From contig JAQVDW010000011.1 of the NCBI GenBank assembly GCA_028698185.1, positions 16,575 through 48,574 on the forward strand: a DNA stretch of 32,000 nt. Direction: 5' to 3'. Position numbers and translations under genes: made by a program. This stretch comes from Erysipelotrichaceae bacterium (GTDB lineage Bacteria > Bacillota_I > Bacilli_A > Erysipelotrichales > Coprobacillaceae). Shown here piece by piece: positions 8,184 through 15,496 of this stretch. Each line of letters starts with the position of its first letter. The first letter of the stretch is position 1. Under the pieces are notes generated by a model that did not search any database, was not told the DNA's origin, and was given only the letters and a program-made list of their open reading frames with translations.

Positions 8184-9179
8184 ATGATAAAGAATCAATG
8201 GTATGCGGTGCTGGAGTCGAAAGAACTCAAGAGAAACAGGCTGGTCGGGGTCACCAGACTGTCACAAAAACTCGTATTCTGGCGTGATGGTGACGGTATC
8301 GGTTGCATTTTTGACAGGTGCTGCCACCGGGGTGCGTCGCTAGGGCAAGGGGCGCTGGTGGAAAATCATGTCGAATGCCCGTTTCATGGCTTCAGGTACG
8401 ACTCCAAAGGCCGGGTCACCATGATTCCAGCCAACGGGAAGGGTGCCAAAGTCCCTGAACGCTTCAAAGTGGACAGCTTTCCAGCCCGGGAGGCGTATGG
8501 ATTCATCTGGGTCTGGTATGGCGATTGCAAGGACGAGCTGCCGGAGATCCAGTTCTTCGAGGAGCTCAAGACCGGCTATGCCTCCGGCGGATTTTCCGAG
8601 GTCTGGGATGTCCATTACACCCGGGCAATCGAGAACCAGCTCGACGTGGTCCACCTGCCCTTTGTCCATAAGACGACAATCGGCAAAGGGGGCAAGACCC
8701 TGGTCAACGGTCCGGTTGTCAAATGGGATGACAATCTGATGACGTTCTATGTCAAAAACGAGCAGGATCACGGCCAGATTCCCCAACGCCCCGGAGAGGT
8801 GGAGGATTACAGGAAACTTTTCCATCTCCAGCTGCTTATGCCCAATGTCTGGCAGAATGTGATCTCGGACCGCTTCAGGATCGTGGCGGTTTTCGCCCCG
8901 ATTGATGAAGGCAGCACCCGGATCTATATCCATATCTACCAGAACTTCCTCAAAGCGCCACTTTTAAGCCGGGCGGTGAGCCTGATCGGTTCGCTGGGCA
9001 ACCGGATTGTGCTCCACCAGGACCGCCGGGTCGTGCTTGGACAGTTGCCGATTAGAAGCGAACTGAGGATGGACGAGAACCTCATCCAGGGCGACCTGCC
9101 GATAATCGAATATCGCAAGAAAAGGGAAGCGTTGAAAAAAGCGGCAACCTCGAACCAGGGCGATGGCGCCAATGATTGA
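8184..9179 (+). CDS. Rieske [2Fe-2S] non-heme-iron oxygenase, VanA/PaO-like alpha subunit
   Basis: Rieske motif CCH-x16-CPFH (CCHRGASLGQGALVENHVECPFHGFRY). Mononuclear iron motif NQLDVVHLPFVH (D-x2-H-x4-H). The N-terminus KNQWYAVLESKEL is typical of this family. I prefer ATG 8184 over the track's GTG 8175. Confidence 0.8.
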   Translation: MIKNQWYAVLESKELKRNRLVGVTRLSQKLVFWRDGDGIGCIFDRCCHRGASLGQGALVENHVECPFHGFRYDSKGRVTMIPANGKGAKVPERFKVDSFPAREAYGFIWVWYGDCKDELPEIQFFEELKTGYASGGFSEVWDVHYTRAIENQLDVVHLPFVHKTTIGKGGKTLVNGPVVKWDDNLMTFYVKNEQDHGQIPQRPGEVEDYRKLFHLQLLMPNVWQNVISDRFRIVAVFAPIDEGSTRIYIHIYQNFLKAPLLSRAVSLIGSLGNRIVLHQDRRVVLGQLPIRSELRMDENLIQGDLPIIEYRKKREALKKAATSNQGDGAND

Positions 9180-9390
9180 AGATAGGCCTTTTTTGGAATC
9201 GGGGATGATTTTCCTTTTTCCAAAAAGGTCTTTTTTCGTGTCCGGATTCGCAGTTCGGTTTTTACAATTCTCGCATTTGATGCTTCTTTTAGGAGGCCAA
9301 AGTGCTATAATTATTTTAGAAAACCGGATATGTCCGGATAAAACCTGGACAAACCGGAAATACCAAGGCCAAAAACAAGAGGGACATATT

Positions 9391-9927
9391 ATGAACCAAA
9401 CCGAAAAGCGCCGGGCGCAACTGATCAGGGAACTGGTAAAATTGACGGACGAAGAAATGTTCGATGAGGAATTTATCCACCTGTTGCTAAACCAGAAGCT
9501 GTCGTTGAATCCAAGCGATGACAAGAACATGACATTAGGTGAAAAGGCCGCCGACAAGGTGGCACGATTTGCCGGGTCATGGGCATTCATCTTCTCGTTT
9601 GTATCCTGCATCGTGATCTGGATAATCATCAATCTTCTCATGATGGCCGATGCCTTCGACCAGTATCCCTTCATCCTGCTCAACCTGATTCTTTCATGCG
9701 TGGCGGCCATCCAGGCGCCACTTATCATGATGAGCCAAAACCGCCAGGAGGCCAAGGACCGCGAACGGGCGGAGAATGACTTCCGGGTCAATCTTAAAAG
9801 CGAGGCCATCATCGGGGACCTCCATTCCAAGATGGAGGAGGTATTGAAAACCCAGCATCGCATAATCATGGAACTCGAACAACTCAAGAAACAGGATGAA
9901 AACTCGAACACCAAATTTCCCAATTAG
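9391..9927 (+). CDS. DUF1003 family membrane protein
   Basis: ARFAGSWAFIFSF...FDQYPFILLNLILSCVAAIQAPLIMMSQNRQ matches the DUF1003 signature. ATG 9391 is preceded by AAGAGGGA. The track's upstream extension from 9163 crosses a terminator-like hairpin and a TGCTATAAT box, so I drop it. Confidence 0.75.
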   Translation: MNQTEKRRAQLIRELVKLTDEEMFDEEFIHLLLNQKLSLNPSDDKNMTLGEKAADKVARFAGSWAFIFSFVSCIVIWIIINLLMMADAFDQYPFILLNLILSCVAAIQAPLIMMSQNRQEAKDRERAENDFRVNLKSEAIIGDLHSKMEEVLKTQHRIIMELEQLKKQDENSNTKFPN

Positions 9928-10456
9928 ACAACCCATTAAGCCGATATTGATTGAACAATCGCCAAAACAGGGAGGCCACCGTTATGAAATCTTCAAGGCC
10001 AAAAAGCTGGCTGCAATGCAAAGACAGGCAGTGGAGGAAGCCCTGTGCTTTGGCTGGATCGACGGCAAGATGTTTCGCGTCGATGAAGAGCGGTTCATCA
10101 TCTTTATGACACCGCGGGCTCCCGGGAGCGTCTGGTCGAAAAACAACCGGGACCGCGTTGAGGCTCTGATGGCAAAAGGAATGGTGCATGAATCCGGACT
10201 TGAAAAGATCAGGATGGCCCAGGCCAACGGCCAATGGGAAAAAGCGTACAGTGCCAGGAGTGCTCCCCTTATTCCCGGTGACCTGCTCGAAGCCCTGAAA
10301 AGACAGGAAGGCGCGCTGGAAAACTTCAATGGGTGGACCAACAGCCAGCAGCTTGGTGCAATCTTCTGGCTCGACCAGGCCAAACGGCCCCAAACCCGGA
10401 CGAAGCGGATTGAAAGGATCGTCGTTGCCGCCTGGAACAATCTTCCTTTAAGGTAG
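9896..10456 (+). CDS. YdeI/OmpD-associated family protein
   Basis: Contains EEALCFGWIDG, TPRAPGSVWSKNN and C-terminal FWLDQAKRPQTRTKRIERIV (OmdA-type tail). The start overlaps the DUF1003 3' end by 32 nt and the SD is weak, so the start is uncertain. Confidence 0.65.
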   Translation: MKTRTPNFPIRQPIKPILIEQSPKQGGHRYEIFKAKKLAAMQRQAVEEALCFGWIDGKMFRVDEERFIIFMTPRAPGSVWSKNNRDRVEALMAKGMVHESGLEKIRMAQANGQWEKAYSARSAPLIPGDLLEALKRQEGALENFNGWTNSQQLGAIFWLDQAKRPQTRTKRIERIVVAAWNNLPLR

Positions 10457-10538
10457 CCGATGACATTGACGACAAATCATCGCACTAGTTTATTTGAATC
10501 ATTTTCAAATTGGATCTGCATATCGAGGAGATGATATT

Positions 10539-12074
10539 ATGGCATTATTTGACAGCAAACTCAAAGATCGCAGCGGCAATGTGATCTACAAGGGCAAACT
10601 CAAGGATGGCAAACCCCATGGCCAGGGAAGTGCATATTCGCCCGATGGAGTGAAGACTTACCAGGGAGAATGGGAATATGGCCTGCAAAAAGGCCGGGGT
10701 ATCCAGTATTACAAGGACGGGTCCAAAGAGTATGAGGGCGAATGGCTTATCGGCAAACCCAACGGCTATGGCATCCTTTATGACAACAAGGGATCCAAGG
10801 TATATGCCGGCCGGTTTGCCGACAACATGTTCCAGGGTGATGGCATCAGCTATTATCCAAGCGGCATGAAACAATATGAGGGCACCTTTGTCCAGTCCAA
10901 GCCCGCCGGCTATGGCACAAGTTACCATGAAAACGGCAATATCGCCTGCCAGGGCAGCTGGGAAAACGGCCACGCGCAGGGTGAGGCTCTTAGCTTCCAC
11001 GAAGATGGCAGCAGACAGTACGAAGGAAGCTTCGATAAGGGGCTCTATCACGGTTATGGGGTCCTGTATGACCGTGCCGGCCGGGTGGTCTTTCAGGGCC
11101 AATTCGAAAACGGCCGGATAATAGGCCCGGCCAAGTCCGATAGGGTCCTGGCAAAAGAAGAAGCTTCAAGCCTGCCAGGAGGGGAATTGCGCGATGAAAA
11201 CGGCAGCCTCGTTTACCGGGGCAACCTGGAAAACGGGGTCCGCTCGGGCATGGGGATCTCATATTACAAAGACGGAACCAGGGAATACGAGGGTTCCTGG
11301 CATGACGACAAACACCATGGCTATGGCAAGATGTACCGGCCGGGCGGATCGCTCTGGTTTGAAGGAAGTTATGTGGCCGGCGTGGAAAACGGATACGGAG
11401 TGCTCTATTCTTCGCTTAGTGGCCGGAAGGTCAAAGAAGGCAACTTTGTTGACGGAGTCCTTTCAGGAGAGGGGATATCCTACTTTGAAAGTGGCGCCAA
11501 GGAATATGAGGGCAGCTGGAAGGACGGGAAAAAGGACGGCCAGGGGACTTTATACAACCAGGACGGGACAGTTGGCTACAGCGGCAACTGGGTCAATGAC
11601 ATGAGCGGTGACCAACTGAAGGAAAAGACCGGTTCTATCTATGAATCCGGCGAACTCAGGTACCTCGGCGAGATGCGCAATGGCCTGCCTGATGGCCGCG
11701 GGACATCCTATTATTCATCCGATGCCCGGGAATATGTGGGCGACTGGGTCAATGGCAAAAAAAGTGGCGAAGGGACGATGTACACCCTGCCGGGTGAAAA
11801 ATATTATGAAGGATTCTGGCTTGACAATGAATGGACTGCGGGAACCTGGTATTATGACAACGGCATAAAGCGTTACGAAGGTGATTTTGCCAGCGGCCAC
11901 CGCTACCACGGTTATGGGATATCCTATTATAGAAACGGCAACGTCGAATACAAGGGGATGTGGAACCATGGCATGAAACAGGGAAGAGGAACTTTGTATG
12001 ACGAGTCAGGCAATGTCATTCATGAGGGGTTGTGGCAGTTGGACAAACCGGCCGGCAAGCAAACGGATCTTTGA
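10539..12074 (+). CDS. MORN-repeat protein (about 20 tandem MORN repeats, no other domain)
   Basis: Repeated 23-aa unit Y-x-G-x-[WF]-x-x-G-x-x-x-G-x-G (e.g. YQGEWEYGLQKGRGIQYY, YEGEWLIGKPNGYGILY). Two repeat blocks are separated by a linker, PAKSDRVLAKEEASSLPGG. ATG 10539 has GAGGAG 8 nt upstream, whereas the track starts at a TTG. Confidence 0.85.
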   Translation: MALFDSKLKDRSGNVIYKGKLKDGKPHGQGSAYSPDGVKTYQGEWEYGLQKGRGIQYYKDGSKEYEGEWLIGKPNGYGILYDNKGSKVYAGRFADNMFQGDGISYYPSGMKQYEGTFVQSKPAGYGTSYHENGNIACQGSWENGHAQGEALSFHEDGSRQYEGSFDKGLYHGYGVLYDRAGRVVFQGQFENGRIIGPAKSDRVLAKEEASSLPGGELRDENGSLVYRGNLENGVRSGMGISYYKDGTREYEGSWHDDKHHGYGKMYRPGGSLWFEGSYVAGVENGYGVLYSSLSGRKVKEGNFVDGVLSGEGISYFESGAKEYEGSWKDGKKDGQGTLYNQDGTVGYSGNWVNDMSGDQLKEKTGSIYESGELRYLGEMRNGLPDGRGTSYYSSDAREYVGDWVNGKKSGEGTMYTLPGEKYYEGFWLDNEWTAGTWYYDNGIKRYEGDFASGHRYHGYGISYYRNGNVEYKGMWNHGMKQGRGTLYDESGNVIHEGLWQLDKPAGKQTDL

Positions 12075-12163
12075 CAGAGGTAAGATAGGGGCGTTCTTTG
12101 TGGGACCGGGAAGAAAAAGTCAAAATGATTTTTTCCAATCGCTCAAGTTCCGGGACTTTTTGC

Positions 12164-12192
12164 TTTACAATCCGATGCGGGCGTGATAATAT
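12164..12192 (+). promoter_or_regulatory. Sigma-A-like promoter for the preQ1 riboswitch and queT
   Basis: TTTACA, then 17 nt, then TAATAT with an upstream TG (TGATAATAT). The predicted start lands at the first base of the aptamer. Confidence 0.6.
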
Positions 12193-12198
12193 GACGTC

Positions 12199-12234
12199 GC
12201 TGGTTGAAGCCAAACCCAGGATAAAAAACTTTCG
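12199..12234 (+). promoter_or_regulatory. preQ1-I riboswitch aptamer
   Basis: GCUGGUUGAAGCCAAACCCAGGAUAAAAAACUUUCG aligns with the B. subtilis queC aptamer AGAGGUUCUAGCUACACCCUCUAUAAAAAACUAA. It has a P1 (CUGG/CCAG), the conserved CCC and the AUAAAAAACU tail. The P2 pseudoknot covaries (loop AAG with tail CUU, versus UAG/CUA). The downstream gene is queT. Confidence 0.8.
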
Positions 12235-12252
12235 AAAGAAAAGTTATATCGA

Positions 12253-12275
12253 AGATGGCTCCGGCCGTCTTTTTT
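12253..12275 (+). terminator. Riboswitch expression-platform terminator
   Basis: AGATGGC-TCCG-GCCGTCT followed by TTTTT, 32 nt before the queT ATG. Confidence 0.7.
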
Positions 12276-12307
12276 GATTGAACGATTTTATATTAAGGAG
12301 CTAACCA

Positions 12308-12784
12308 ATGAACAATCTTACTTTGAAAAACCTGCTTGTCAACGGCCTGATCGCCGCCACCTATGCAGCCTTGACGATACTCATCTATCCCTTGTCTTAT
12401 GGAGCGATCCAGATGCGGATTTCCGAAATCATGGTCTTTCTGGCTTTCTACAACAAGAAATTCATCCCGGGTCTGACCCTGGGCTGTCTTATCGCGAACA
12501 TCCCGTCGACCTTGGGGGCGATGGACATGGTCTTTGGCACAGTCTCGACTTTGATCGTGACAATTTTGATGTACAAGATTGACAACCGCTTTTTGGCGGC
12601 ATTTGCCGGAGCTCTTGTGACCGGCGCGATCATCGGCTGGGAACTTTCGATTGCTTTTGGGATCCCGTTTCTAATCAACGCCTTTTATGTCTTTGTGGGC
12701 GAAGCCATCATCCTTGCCATCGGCGCCTTTGCCTTTGGCATCATCGAGAAAAACCAGGCTTTCATCAATCTGGTCAGGGAGTAG
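12308..12784 (+). CDS. queT: Queuosine-precursor transporter QueT (ECF S component)
   Basis: 158-aa polytopic membrane protein (LIAATYAALTILIYPLSYGAIQMRISE...). Size and sequence style fit the QueT family, and it sits directly behind a preQ1-I riboswitch. SD AAGGAG is present. Confidence 0.8.
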   Translation: MNNLTLKNLLVNGLIAATYAALTILIYPLSYGAIQMRISEIMVFLAFYNKKFIPGLTLGCLIANIPSTLGAMDMVFGTVSTLIVTILMYKIDNRFLAAFAGALVTGAIIGWELSIAFGIPFLINAFYVFVGEAIILAIGAFAFGIIEKNQAFINLVRE

Positions 12785-12813
12785 AAAAAAATACCGCAGC
12801 GTGCGGTATTTTT
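12785..12813. terminator. Bidirectional terminator shared by queT and cysE
   Basis: AAAAAA-ATACCGCA-GCG-TGCGGTAT-TTTT, with A-run and T-run flanks. Confidence 0.8.
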
Positions 12814-13705
12814 ATTTTTTCAGTTTGCGGTATTTGTGTTCGGGCAGGGAGATAAGCACCTGGGTGTAAGGCGGAATCGAGTTGGTGATGAAACTGTTGC
12901 CTCCGATCACGCTGTTGTGGCCGATCACGGTTTCGCCGCCAAGCACGGTCGTGTTGGCATACAGGACGACATTATCCTCGATGGTCGGGTGGCGTTTTAC
13001 CCCTTTGAGGCCTTGGCCTTTGGCGGTCGACAGGGCCCCGACGGTGACTCCCTGGTAGATCTTGACATGGTTCCCGATCTGGGCGGTCTCGCCGATGACG
13101 ATTCCGGTACCGTGGTCGATCATGAAATATTCACCGATGGTTGCTCCCGGGTTGATGTCGATCCCGGTGCGGCTGTGGGCCTCTTCCGACATCATTCTAG
13201 GAATGAAGGGAACCTTGGCCTTGTAGAGCTCATGGGCGATCCGGTAGACGAAAATGGCATACAGGCCCGGATACGAGAAGATGATGCCTTCGTGGCTGTC
13301 GGCAGCCGGGTCACCGTCCATCATCGCCTGGACATCCTTCATCAGCTTGGTCTGGATTTCTGGCATCTTGGTGATGAAATCCATCACGATCTCATGCGAT
13401 TTTTCCTGGAGTTTGGGACAGTTTTCAGTCTCGTAGTTAAGGGCGATCTGGACCTGATTGACCATGTCCTCGTAGATGCGCGCCAGGATCGATCCAGCAA
13501 AATTGTCCAGGGAATTGAATTTGGGATTTTCCGGTCCGAAGAATCCCGGGAACATCAGGCGGCGGATATCCTTCATAGTATCCAGCACCGCCTTTAGATT
13601 TGGCAGTTTATAACAATGGCGCTCATCGAAATCCTCATAGCCGCGGTAATTGCGGGCGAGTTCCTTCGCGATCACATTGATATCTTCTTTTGTCTTATTA
13701 CTCAT
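12812..13705 (-). CDS. cysE: Serine O-acetyltransferase (long form)
   Basis: Contains DPAA..EGIIFSYPGLYAIFVYRIAHELY, GIDINPGATIGEYFMIDHGTGIVIGETAQIG and hexapeptide repeats. ATG 13705 has AGAGGTGA upstream, whereas the track's start at 13741 lacks an SD. Confidence 0.9.
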   Translation of the reverse strand: MSNKTKEDINVIAKELARNYRGYEDFDERHCYKLPNLKAVLDTMKDIRRLMFPGFFGPENPKFNSLDNFAGSILARIYEDMVNQVQIALNYETENCPKLQEKSHEIVMDFITKMPEIQTKLMKDVQAMMDGDPAADSHEGIIFSYPGLYAIFVYRIAHELYKAKVPFIPRMMSEEAHSRTGIDINPGATIGEYFMIDHGTGIVIGETAQIGNHVKIYQGVTVGALSTAKGQGLKGVKRHPTIEDNVVLYANTTVLGGETVIGHNSVIGGNSFITNSIPPYTQVLISLPEHKYRKLKK

Positions 13706-13771
13706 GCTTTCACCTCTTAGACAATTATAACCCATCCTCAATGAAATTGAAAATGATTAGTAAAAATTATT

Positions 13772-14209
13772 CTAAATGTCCAGCAGTCCGGCGATGTCGT
13801 CGGACGAATAGATTTCCAAACCGGCCTGTTCGAGCGACTCTGCGGCGATTCCATTGCCGGGAATCAGGGTTCTAGAAAAGGTGCCATCATAGATCAGACC
13901 GTAGCCACATGAGGGTGAACGGGCCTGAAGCAGGGCCTTGTGGCAGTCGCAGATCCGGGCGATCTTCACAGATTGCGCGGCGCCATTGAAAAACTCCCGG
14001 TCGAAGTTCTGGCCATCCTGGTTGAAAACGTGGCCCGATTTCAATTCGACGGGTTTTCTGGGGGTGGCCATGCCCCCGAGGATTTCGGGACATACCGGTA
14101 TCAGGTTGTATCTGGCCTTGAGCTCTTCGAGCCCCTTGATCAGGTTGTTGTTGCCATCATAACGGCAGTCAACGCCAAGCAAACAGGCGCTGATAAGCAG
14201 ATTTTCCAT
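13772..14209 (-). CDS. DUF523 family protein (TudS-like [4Fe-4S] thiouracil desulfidase family)
   Basis: MENLLISACLLGVDCRYDG.., IPVCPE and RSPSCG are the DUF523 Cys motifs. ATG 14209 has AAGGAGAAGAC directly upstream. The 104-codon upstream extension in the track does not look protein-like and carries a TGGTACAAT promoter box. Confidence 0.8.
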   Translation of the reverse strand: MENLLISACLLGVDCRYDGNNNLIKGLEELKARYNLIPVCPEILGGMATPRKPVELKSGHVFNQDGQNFDREFFNGAAQSVKIARICDCHKALLQARSPSCGYGLIYDGTFSRTLIPGNGIAAESLEQAGLEIYSSDDIAGLLDI

Positions 14210-14228
14210 ATGTCTTCTCCTTTTTTCA

Positions 14229-14257
14229 ATTGTACCATAAAAGGCCGCTTGAATAAA
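14229..14257 (-). promoter_or_regulatory. Candidate promoter of the DUF523-cysE operon
   Basis: The minus strand reads TTTATT, then 17 nt, then TACAAT preceded by TGG (extended -10). It ends about 20 nt before the ATG. Confidence 0.45.
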
Positions 14258-14340
14258 CACTGAGAATTTTCGCTTGCGATCATCTGGCTTGGGGGTGGGA
14301 AATTGGATAATCCAGACCAGGAATTTCAAAGGAGAGATCA

Positions 14341-14517
14341 ATGAAAACTTTTTTAGAAAGTTGTTGCGTTTTTTCCATGAGCGAAGCCGCCCCAAAAAGG
14401 ATCTTCGTCCGCCAGGATGAGAAGAATCCGCCGAGCTTGTTTCGATCCGGTCGAATCCCTTTTTCCATGCCCAATCAAAAAAATCCCGGGAAGAGGCTAA
14501 GGAGATGCAGGCTTTAG
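14341..14517 (+). CDS. Speculative small basic ORF (58 aa)
   Basis: Below the track's length cut-off. AAAGGAGAG lies 6 nt before ATG 14341. The product is MKTFLESCCVFSMSEAAPKRIFVRQDEKNPPSLFRSGRIPFSMPNQKNPGKRLRRCRL. I recognise no family and see no clear promoter. Confidence 0.2.
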   Translation: MKTFLESCCVFSMSEAAPKRIFVRQDEKNPPSLFRSGRIPFSMPNQKNPGKRLRRCRL

Positions 14518-14552
14518 ACAAGTGTCATCTGGGTTATTGGAGCACTTTTTTC

Positions 14553-14580
14553 TTTACAAACGGCGGTTAAATGCTATAAT
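14553..14580 (+). promoter_or_regulatory. Sigma-A-like promoter for the FMN riboswitch and ribU
   Basis: TTTACA, then 16 nt, then TATAAT with an upstream TG (TGCTATAAT). Confidence 0.65.
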
Positions 14581-14591
14581 ACGAATGAAAA

Positions 14592-14705
14592 TATAAGTCT
14601 TCAGGGCAGGGTTTGATTCCCGACCGGCGGTGACAGTCCGCGAGCGCAAGCTGAGTAGGTGCGATTCCTACACCGACAGTAAAGTCTGGATGGAAGAAGA
14701 TATGA
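14592..14705 (+). promoter_or_regulatory. FMN riboswitch (RFN element)
   Basis: GUCUUCAGGGCAGGGUUUGAUUCCCGACCGGCGGU...AGUCCGCGAGC...CCGACAGUAAAGUCUGGAUGGAAGAAGAU matches the conserved RFN core (CUUCGGGGCAGGGUGAAAUUCCCGACCGGCGGU ... GCCGACAGU.AAAGUCUGGAUGG.AGAAG). A riboflavin transporter gene lies downstream. Confidence 0.92.
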
Positions 14706-14769
14706 CATCTTTTTTTGCCGTTCATGGAGACAGGTCTTTTCATGATATTTTTATTTTAAGGAGATGTTT

Positions 14770-15405
14770 ATGGAAATTACGAAAACCAAAACTTTAGTAA
14801 CCCTGGCCATGCTTTCGGCCCTGGGCGCGTTGTTGAACCTGATTGAGATCCCGTATCCATTGGCCCCATGGCTGATGATCGACCTGGCGGAAGTCGTGGT
14901 CCTGGTCGCCTTTTTGATGCACGGGTTCAAAGGCGGCCTGATCGTATCGGTGGCCAAATTCTTCGTTTCCCTGGTTATTAAAGGTCCGGTGGGACCATTT
15001 GGAATCGGGCAGATCACGGCATTGATCGGTTCGCTGACGATCCTTGGCTTCTATATGTTATTCGACAAGGCGTTCAAGCACAAATATCTGCCGGCGATCA
15101 TCGCGACGATGCTATGCTTTGCGACGGTCATGGTTGTGATCAACTACCTGTTTGTCACACCGACTTACCTGTCACAGAAATTCACATGGTACACCCAGCT
15201 GCCATATACGCTGGACATCAATGCCTTCAACGAGTATTTCAATATGAACCTGCCAAGCCTGGGCTTTCTGGGGTGGCTGGGACCTTATGGCGAGGCGATT
15301 TTCATCATCTACTTCCCTTTCAATCTGTTGAAAGGCCTGGTCACCGGATTTTTCTACCGCGTGCTAAGACCGGTCATCGTCAAAAACTTCATCAAGCAGG
15401 CCTAG
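14770..15405 (+). CDS. ribU: Riboflavin transporter RibU (ECF S component)
   Basis: Polytopic membrane protein directly behind the RFN element. I prefer ATG 14770, with AAGGAG 6 nt upstream, over the track's 14764. Confidence 0.85.
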   Translation: MEITKTKTLVTLAMLSALGALLNLIEIPYPLAPWLMIDLAEVVVLVAFLMHGFKGGLIVSVAKFFVSLVIKGPVGPFGIGQITALIGSLTILGFYMLFDKAFKHKYLPAIIATMLCFATVMVVINYLFVTPTYLSQKFTWYTQLPYTLDINAFNEYFNMNLPSLGFLGWLGPYGEAIFIIYFPFNLLKGLVTGFFYRVLRPVIVKNFIKQA

Positions 15406-15417
15406 CCTGCTTTTTTT
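15396..15417 (+). terminator. Intrinsic terminator after ribU
   Basis: GCAGGC-CTA-GCCTGC followed by TTTTTTT. The stop codon lies in the loop. Confidence 0.8.
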
Positions 15418-15496
15418 CATTTGTGATTAAAGTAACAGTAGTAATTCAAATGAATGTTTGGTAAAATTAGGATAAACAACCAAAGGAGGGGTGGCC

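Noticed and set aside
9163-9390. N-terminal extension of the DUF1003 ORF back to 9163, overlapping the Rieske gene's end.
   Set aside because: It crosses a hairpin plus T-run (9213..9236) and a TGCTATAAT box (9303..9311). The conserved family sequence starts after ATG 9391, which has its own SD.
9984-10109. Strong SD (GGGAGG) plus ATG at 9984 inside the YdeI-like gene but in another frame, suggesting a frameshifted or 5'-truncated pseudogene.
   Set aside because: That frame stops after 41 codons. The 9896 frame gives the normal family length of about 46 residues before EEALCFGWIDG, with a recognisable (divergent) N-terminal pattern (..GGHRYEIFKAKK..). The gene therefore looks intact. Only the exact start is uncertain.
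14259-14320. THI-box-like fragments on the plus strand (CTGAGA, GGGGGTGGG, TGGATAATCCAG).
   Set aside because: The order and spacing are wrong for a TPP riboswitch, which needs GGGGUGC before CUGAGA and ACCUGAUCUGGAUAAUGCCAGCG afterwards. No thiamine gene lies downstream.
13772-14521. 249-aa version of the DUF523 ORF in the track (104 extra N-terminal codons).
   Set aside because: The family-typical N-terminus MENLLISACLLG starts at 14209 with a perfect SD. The extension has odd composition, contains a promoter-like TGGTACAAT box and matches no motif.
14210-14552. Expected a Cys T-box or S-box leader upstream of DUF523-cysE.
   Set aside because: The minus strand has no T-box core (AGGGTGGTACCGCG), no specifier or AG-bulge pattern, and no S-box GCAACC / GGUGC.AA core. 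The region is kept only as an unexplained spacer in the findings.
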